Origin: an uncultured Verrucomicrobiae bacterium
GTDB lineage: Bacteria > Verrucomicrobiota > Verrucomicrobiia > Limisphaerales > Palsa-1400
Length of the DNA: 64,000 nucleotides
Assembly (NCBI GenBank): GCA_963702845.1
Contig: OY969763.1
Coordinates: 1,376,001-1,440,000 of the forward strand
Direction: 5' to 3'
In this document: positions 62,467 to 64,000 of the stretch, piece by piece
Position numbering within the stretch: the stretch's first letter is position 1
Layout: each line of letters begins with the position of its first letter
Program-made: the position numbers and the translations under genes
Notes under the pieces: model-generated
What the model was told of the DNA's origin: nothing
What the model saw: only the letters and a program-made list of their open reading frames with translations
Databases searched by the model: none

Positions 62467-63901
62467 TCAATGTTTCGGACTGGCAGCGATTTTCATTTCG
62501 CCGCTCGGCCCTGCGCCGGTGCCCGTGCTTCGCTTCATCGCGAGCACCGCGCGCTTCGAATTCGTCTTTAAATTTATTTACAAAACTTAGAACTGGCCAC
62601 GCGCAAGCTTCGCCAAAAGCGCAAATCGTGCGGCCTTGAATACCTTGAGCGATGCGCAGCAAGTAATCGGCGTCCTGCTTTGCGACCGTGCCCGCTCGTG
62701 AGCGATGCAGCGCTTTGCTCATCCAGAGCGAACCTTCGCGGCAAGGCGTGCATTGGCCGCAACTTTCGTGCGCGTAAAATTCCGAAAGGTTTGCAAGCGC
62801 CGCGACGATATCCGTCGAGTCATCCATCACAATAATTGCGCCGGAACCCGACATGCTGCCGGCTTGTTGCAGCGAATCGAAATCATAAGGCAAATCGAGC
62901 AGGTCAACTTCGACCGGCGTCAACTGGCCGTCGGGCGCTTTGCGTTTAATCTTAAATTTCTCGCCCGCTTTAAAAACTTTCGCCGACGAACCGCCAGGAA
63001 TGATCGCTTTGAGTTTGCGACCTTCGCGCAAACCGCCACCGAACTTCTCGATGCAAAAATCATTTCGCCGAGCGTCGCCTTGCCGACTTCCACTTCGAAA
63101 TACCCGGCTTCTTCACATGTCCGCTGACGCTGACGATGCGCGTGCCGGTATTGTTCGGCGTGCCGAGCTTCGCGTATTCCGCGCCGCCCATCTGCACGAT
63201 GTGCTTCACCGCCGCGAGCGTCTCGACGTTGTTAACAATCGTCGGGCACATGTAGAGCCCGAGAATAGCAGGGAAGTAGGGCGGCTTGATGCGCGGGTAA
63301 GCGCGCTTGCCTTCGAGCGATTCAATCAGGCCCGTTTCCTCACCGCAAATGTAAGCACCCGCGCCGCGATGGATGTGGATCTCAAGATCGTATCCTTTGC
63401 CCAAAATGTTTTTGCCCAGGAAATTCTTCTCGCGAGCTTCCTTCAAGCGCGCGATTCAAGATGCGCGCACCTTCCGGCATTTCGCCGCGGATATATATAT
63501 AGGCAAGATGAACATCATTCGCGAAGCAGGCGATGATCATGCCTTCGATCAACTGATGCGGATCTTTGTGGATGATCTGGCGGTCCTTGAACGTCCCCGG
63601 CTCCGACTCGTCCGCGTTGCAAACCATGTAAATCGGTTTGCCGCTCTTGCGATCGACAAGCGACCACTTCAACCCGCACGAAAATCCCGCGCCGCCGCGC
63701 CCGCGCAAACCCGAAGTCTGCACCTCCTGCCGAAGCTGTTCCTGCGCCGTCTGTTTCTTTCCATCCGGCAAATCCTTCGTCTGCAGCGACAACGCTTTCT
63801 TCAGCGTCTCGTAGCCGCCGTTCCGCATATAGCAATCGATATCGAGTCGTGTAACCCGGTTGATCGACGTGCTTTAAAATAAGTCGATATTCTTGCGGCA
63901 T
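62467..63901 (-). CDS. nuoF: NADH-quinone oxidoreductase subunit F (several frameshifts)
   Basis: [55 protein letters not shown]. Confidence 0.92.
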
Positions 63902-64000
63902 GGTCAGTTGCGAACTTTGGCGTTCAATCGGGCAGACCCCGACTTGACTCCGCCAATAGATTCTTTACCTTTGCTAGCGCTTACTTGCCCGATGGTGTAA

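Noticed and set aside
63904..64000. 3' end of nuoE expected upstream of nuoF
   Set aside because: The open frame (YTIGQVSASKGKESIGGVKSGSARLNAKVRN*) is not recognisable as NuoE and is too short to call.

Overview
Bacterial window. Gene style (ECF sigma-TIGR03435-type fusion, secreted Ig/LamG/delta-60/HYR proteins, short NuoG) points to Verrucomicrobiota; this is inference. Contents in order: (1) 1-6453, the 5' part of a giant secreted repeat protein (minus strand, 2151 codons, runs off the window, absent from the ORF track), built from ten copies of a ~185-200 aa module that I cannot assign to a named family, arranged as [3 modules + HYR]n. (2) HU, then a plus-strand run: Ser/Thr kinase, C-N hydrolase, RmlD-like SDR, GluQ, uronate isomerase-like protein, acylphosphatase, metallophosphoesterase, GT9 and an ECF sigma fusion. 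(3) A LamG/Ig protein, Kdo hydroxylase-like protein, DUF481-like barrel, GmhB-like phosphatase and MFS transporter. (4) The ribosomal cluster from rplB to rplQ, which starts at rplB behind its own candidate promoter and structured leader; rpsJ-rplC-rplD-rplW are not adjacent. (5) A modular sulfatase and a delta-60 protein sharing a C-terminal domain. (6) A surface polysaccharide cluster with two methyltransferases. (7) A ferredoxin and nuoF-N. Many essential genes carry single-base frameshifts in clusters, most likely sequencing or assembly errors. No CRISPR array, rRNA, tRNA or transposase was seen.
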